Positions 60,272-64,000 of a DNA stretch of 64,000 nt are shown one piece after another (position 1 is the first letter of the stretch; every line of letters starts with the position of its first letter). This DNA is from Dehalococcoidia bacterium (GTDB lineage Bacteria; Chloroflexota; Dehalococcoidia; Lucifugimonadales; GCA-2712585), in contig CBDFHC010000002.1 of the NCBI GenBank assembly GCA_965247585.1, positions 61,633 to 125,632 on the forward strand, read 5' to 3'. The notes below the pieces were generated by a model that had not been told where the DNA came from, ran no database searches, and saw nothing but the letters and a program-made list of their open reading frames with translations. A program made the translations under genes and the position numbers.

Positions 60272-60973
60272 ATGACAACAGTCAGGCTGATACGAGATCT
60301 AGAAGAGGTTGACCACCGGCTGAGCGAGGCGAACGAGCGGCTGAAGAGCATCAATGACACCTTTGGGGACCGGACTCCGCTATCTAAGTGGGAGGAGGAG
60401 GTGGAGCAGGTGCAAGGACGTCTACGGGAGGCGCAACGGGGGAACCGGACTCTGGAGTTGGAGGCGGAATCAACCCGGGGGAAGTTGGATGAGGTGGAGG
60501 CGAAGCTGTACGGCGGCGCCGTCCGCAGTCCCCGGGAACTGGAGGGCCTGACCCAAGAGCTGCAATATCTGAGGGAAGGGTTTCGCGGCCTGCAAGATAG
60601 GGTGCTGGAATCGATGCTGGAGCTGGAAGAGGCGCAGGAGAGGTTGCGGGGAGGCGAAGCAGCCCTGGAGCAGGAACGGGAAGGGTGGGACCAGAACCAG
60701 ACAAAGCTAGCGGCAGACAAGGAGCAGCTAGAGCAGGACCAGTTTGATCTTGAGATGCGACGGGAAGAGATATCAGGCCACATGGAGGCGGAGGCGCTGC
60801 AGCTCTACGAAAGGGTACGGCGCGAAAAGGGGGCACAGGTGGTGGCCAGGGTGGAGCGGGAGCTGTGCCGATCCTGCGGCGTGACGCTGCCCACGCACCT
60901 GGTGCAGCGGGTGCGGCCAGGGAAAGAGCCGCTGCTCTGCCCCAGTTGCGGCCGCATTCTCTACAGCGATTAG
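60272..60973 (+). CDS. coiled-coil protein with C4 zinc ribbon (DUF164 type)
   Basis: long Glu-rich coiled coil, YERVR, CRSC...CPSCGRILY. Confidence 0.88.
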   Translation: MTTVRLIRDLEEVDHRLSEANERLKSINDTFGDRTPLSKWEEEVEQVQGRLREAQRGNRTLELEAESTRGKLDEVEAKLYGGAVRSPRELEGLTQELQYLREGFRGLQDRVLESMLELEEAQERLRGGEAALEQEREGWDQNQTKLAADKEQLEQDQFDLEMRREEISGHMEAEALQLYERVRREKGAQVVARVERELCRSCGVTLPTHLVQRVRPGKEPLLCPSCGRILYSD

Positions 60974-60983
60974 GGGAGGTTAT

Positions 60984-61390
60984 TGAGGGACACTCCTTAC
61001 GCTTTGCGAAGGATAGGCTCTCAGACTCCCGGTAGGGAACCTGGGTTCCCTGAACTCTCCTGCATGTCTGGTGTTGATTGTGCGCCGGGAGAGCCTCTTC
61101 GAAGACTAGGCTGGGTTACCTTCAAGGCAATCAGTCATGTAGGTACGTATGGCTACCACAGAGCACTCCGAGTCCAAGGTTGGTGGTGCCGACCCACCCG
61201 CCCAGGAAGGTTTCTTAAAGGATTTCTAAGGGGCATCCCCGGACTCCCGGCAGGGAACCTAGGTTCCCTGCGCTCTTCTGCATGGTTGGTGTTGATTGTG
61301 CGCTGGAGGTTGTTCCAGTAGCCGGGTTAGGATGTTTTAGAGGCAAGCGGTATGGGCTCGTCCTTCGAGAGCCGCAGGCGCGCGGGTTGG
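60984..61390 (+). repeat. composite repeat locus (B, A, B, E)
   Basis: two GACTCCCGG.AGGGAACCT.GGTTCCCTG..TGGTGTTGATTGTGCGC units; GCGGTATGGGCTCGTCCTTCGAG shared with 20917-20939. Confidence 0.8.
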
Positions 61391-61476
61391 AGGGTCAGAG
61401 CGGAAGGGTCGGCCTGCAGGAGCGAAGTCGTGGAGCGGCGGTAGACGGTAGGCTCGGCGTTCGGTGAAGGCTCTTT

Positions 61477-63567
61477 CTAAGACGAGCCGGCTTGAGAGGG
61501 TTCTTTAGGCTCCTCCGGTGGTGGCTCCGATGTTGGAGACGGACCGCCCGTCGGCGTGGCGGCTTCGGGGAGGAAGGCCTGGGGCGCTGGTGGGTCGGAC
61601 GGCGGCGGGTCCCGGGGCGAGCCGGCCCAGGACTGCTGCGAGGGGCGGCGACGCCTGAACATCGGCAAGAAGATGGCCAGGGCCAGGATCACCGCGCCGA
61701 TGACCAGGAAGGAGATGCCACGGCTCTCAATGCCCGAGAAGAACTGGTCACTGCCGCTTATTGAGACGTCCAGCACCTTGTCCAGGAGCAGGGCTTCAAC
61801 GCCTTCGGAGTCGGCGATACGCTGGCTGAACTCGTCGCGGAGGGAGTCTTTGGGCGCGGAGTTGTAGAAGGGCCCGGCGAAAAGGAACAGGACGAGGCCG
61901 GCCAGGGCGATGAAGGCGGCGGCCCATCCCAGCTTGCCGGCGACGCTGCGGCCGCCGAGGAGGCCGACACCAACCAAGAGCAAAGCGAAGACCAGCCAGG
62001 CGGCCCAGCGGAGGTCACTGGTGTTGCCCACAAAGCTGCGGAGCTCCTCAAATGAGTCAAACGCCTGGTCGCTTTCCTCGCGCAGCCGGTTTTCCAGGTC
62101 TACCTCGTTGTAGGTAAAACCGTCCCGCACCCAGCCGCGGACCTTTTCCAGATCGGCCACGTTCTGGCTTTCTTCCACCTGCTCCAGCCTGCCGGTGATG
62201 CCCAACCGCTGCCACGCGTCGTCGGTGCCGGGGAAATCGGCGCGGGCCAGGTCCATGCGGAGGTCTTCGCTGGTGTATATGTAGCCGCGGGTGAACCACT
62301 CGCGCACCTGCTGCAACGAATCCCACTGGTCCGGGTCCAACTGGTCCATCAGGTCTCGCTCGGTGAAGCGCCACCGGTCCGGGATGCTCTGGTCCAGAAC
62401 AAGCCGGGCCTGGTCTCGAATGTTGACGCCGGCCAGGCTTTGAAGCTGGTCCAAGCCGCTGATTCCTGGGCCTGTGGGCCGACACGGGATGCCGGAATTG
62501 ACTATTCCGGCGGGGTCCAACCGCGCCTCCTGTTCAAGGGTGCACCGGGGCAGCAGGGCGTACTCCGCCTCCAGTTTGCGTTGAGCGAGGGCGGCCAAGG
62601 AGTCCAGGGCGACCTCCTTGCGCTGGTCCAGGGGAATGGAGACGTCCAGCGTCCGGCCGTCATCGGTTAAATAGTCCACGGTCTGGTCAATGGTATCGTC
62701 CGTCCGCTGGTCGACCCATGCCTGGGGAAGGGCTTCGTGGACGGCTTGCGTCACTTCGTCATCAGTGATGTTGATACCATAGGGAAGCTGCACGGAGGGG
62801 CCAACGGAGCGCCGGATTTCAGGGTCGATCATGTCCGAGAAGAGGAAGGCGCGGATGTCCGCCTGTCCCAGGATGTCGCGGAGAACGACCCGTGTTGGCG
62901 CAGCGCGGCTGGGTAAGTCGATACGCAGGGTGAAGCGGTCGGTATCACCGGCGAAGTAAGGCACGATCTGGTCCACTGCGCCGGTGACCTGCTCCTCCAG
63001 CCAATCCCGCTGGGCGATGTCCTCCACGGCGCTGCGGATATCGGTTTTGGTTATGGTGACGCCGAAGGGGAGGTCGCTCAGGTCGCCCAGGCTCTCATCT
63101 ACATTAGGGCTGAAGACGTCATCGAGTAGGATATCCAGGACGGTGCCTTCCCGCACGGCGTTGTTGAAGGCATCGCCGGCGGCGATGACCCGGTCTTTGA
63201 GGGGGACTTGGATTCGGAATGTGTCTTCGTCCCCGGTTAGGTAGGGAAGGGCGGAGTTTATGGAGTCTTCCACCCGGGCCTGGATCCACTCCGGTGGGAT
63301 GGCGGAGCGGGCGGCGGGCACCAGGTCATTCGTCAGTAAGGAGAAGTCCAGGGGCAGGTCTTGGGCCTCGTTATCGATATCGGCGAGGCCGGCTGGCAGG
63401 GCTTCGTCATACAGGAAGTTGTAGACGTCACCTTTGCGAAGCTCTTCAATGTAGTAGTCAGGTTGCAGGAAGGTATCGTCCACTTGGAAAACGAAGCTCA
63501 TCACGCAGGCGACGAAGACGAAGACGACGCCCAGGAGTACGGCCAATAACCGGCGTCCGAAGATCAC
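61477..63567 (-). CDS. hypothetical membrane protein with internal tandem repeats
   Basis: N-terminal TM, acidic repeat region, three C-terminal TMs, Pro-rich tail. Confidence 0.75.
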   Translation of the reverse strand: MIFGRRLLAVLLGVVFVFVACVMSFVFQVDDTFLQPDYYIEELRKGDVYNFLYDEALPAGLADIDNEAQDLPLDFSLLTNDLVPAARSAIPPEWIQARVEDSINSALPYLTGDEDTFRIQVPLKDRVIAAGDAFNNAVREGTVLDILLDDVFSPNVDESLGDLSDLPFGVTITKTDIRSAVEDIAQRDWLEEQVTGAVDQIVPYFAGDTDRFTLRIDLPSRAAPTRVVLRDILGQADIRAFLFSDMIDPEIRRSVGPSVQLPYGINITDDEVTQAVHEALPQAWVDQRTDDTIDQTVDYLTDDGRTLDVSIPLDQRKEVALDSLAALAQRKLEAEYALLPRCTLEQEARLDPAGIVNSGIPCRPTGPGISGLDQLQSLAGVNIRDQARLVLDQSIPDRWRFTERDLMDQLDPDQWDSLQQVREWFTRGYIYTSEDLRMDLARADFPGTDDAWQRLGITGRLEQVEESQNVADLEKVRGWVRDGFTYNEVDLENRLREESDQAFDSFEELRSFVGNTSDLRWAAWLVFALLLVGVGLLGGRSVAGKLGWAAAFIALAGLVLFLFAGPFYNSAPKDSLRDEFSQRIADSEGVEALLLDKVLDVSISGSDQFFSGIESRGISFLVIGAVILALAIFLPMFRRRRPSQQSWAGSPRDPPPSDPPAPQAFLPEAATPTGGPSPTSEPPPEEPKEPSQAGSS

Positions 63568-63837
63568 TGCAAAGTCCTCACGCGATGGCTCCCTTCATGC
63601 AATTCAACTAAGTGTGCCTGGGGTAGGGCGATACAACCCGACTAAGGGGCCGTTACTGTCAGTTAATAGCGCCCGCGCAAGGTTTGCAAGGGAGATAACT
63701 CCACTTTAGCGCAGATCTCCGCTGCTGGGCCGGCGCGAAACGACGGATTCAAACCATGGTTGAGGGCGGACGGTGAGGCGGCGTTGCCGGGGACTCAGCG
63801 CCGATGGGCAAGGTTGGGCCTGTGTGGCCGAGCGGAG

Positions 63838-64000
63838 CTATCGAGGGGCGCCGTTGCCGCCGCCGGTCCGGGCCAGCCACTGCTCGTCCCGAGCGGAGGG
63901 GCGGTTTCCCAGCCGTTGTCGAAGCATGTCCTCCGCCTTTTCGAACTGCTCGGCCCGGAGATATGCCTCCAGCAAGGTGTCCTCGAACACCTCGCGCTGG
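63838..64000 (-). CDS. 3' end of a TPR (TTC38-like) protein, truncated by the window edge
   Basis: translated by hand: QREVFEDTLLEAYLRAEQFEKAEDMLRQRL..stop. Confidence 0.6.
   Translation of the reverse strand, partial: QREVFEDTLLEAYLRAEQFEKAEDMLRQRLGNRPSARDEQWLARTGGGNGAPR

Noticed and set aside
63568-63837. Possible ncRNA or tRNA in the last intergenic gap
   Set aside because: No cloverleaf, T-loop or riboswitch consensus recognisable

Overview
GC-rich bacterial chromosomal segment. Gene content suggests Chloroflexota/Dehalococcoidia, SAR202-like (inferred from paralogous amidohydrolases, amidases with small GatC-like partners, CaiB CoA-transferases, DUF1800 and a short XRE HTH). About 55 CDSs. 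The left ~40 kb is mainly catabolic accessory enzymes. The right ~24 kb is mostly housekeeping (PyrR-attenuated pyrR-pyrB-carA-carB, tilS, tsaD, cysS). No rRNA, tRNA, CRISPR array or transposase was seen. Most notable: (1) a complete cysteinyl-tRNA synthetase fused to a C-terminal GT2 glycosyltransferase domain; (2) a PyrB fused to a PyrI-type Zn module and a Cys-less Ada-like domain, with no pyrC or pyrI in the operon; (3) at least nine intergenic loci built from shuffled palindromic modules, all in the same orientation, some inside MITE-like termini; (4) a frameshifted 2-hydroxyacid dehydrogenase; (5) a small protein plus aspartic protease module; (6) a palindromic operator in the DUF2851 promoter. 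All family calls come from motif recognition by eye, not database searches.
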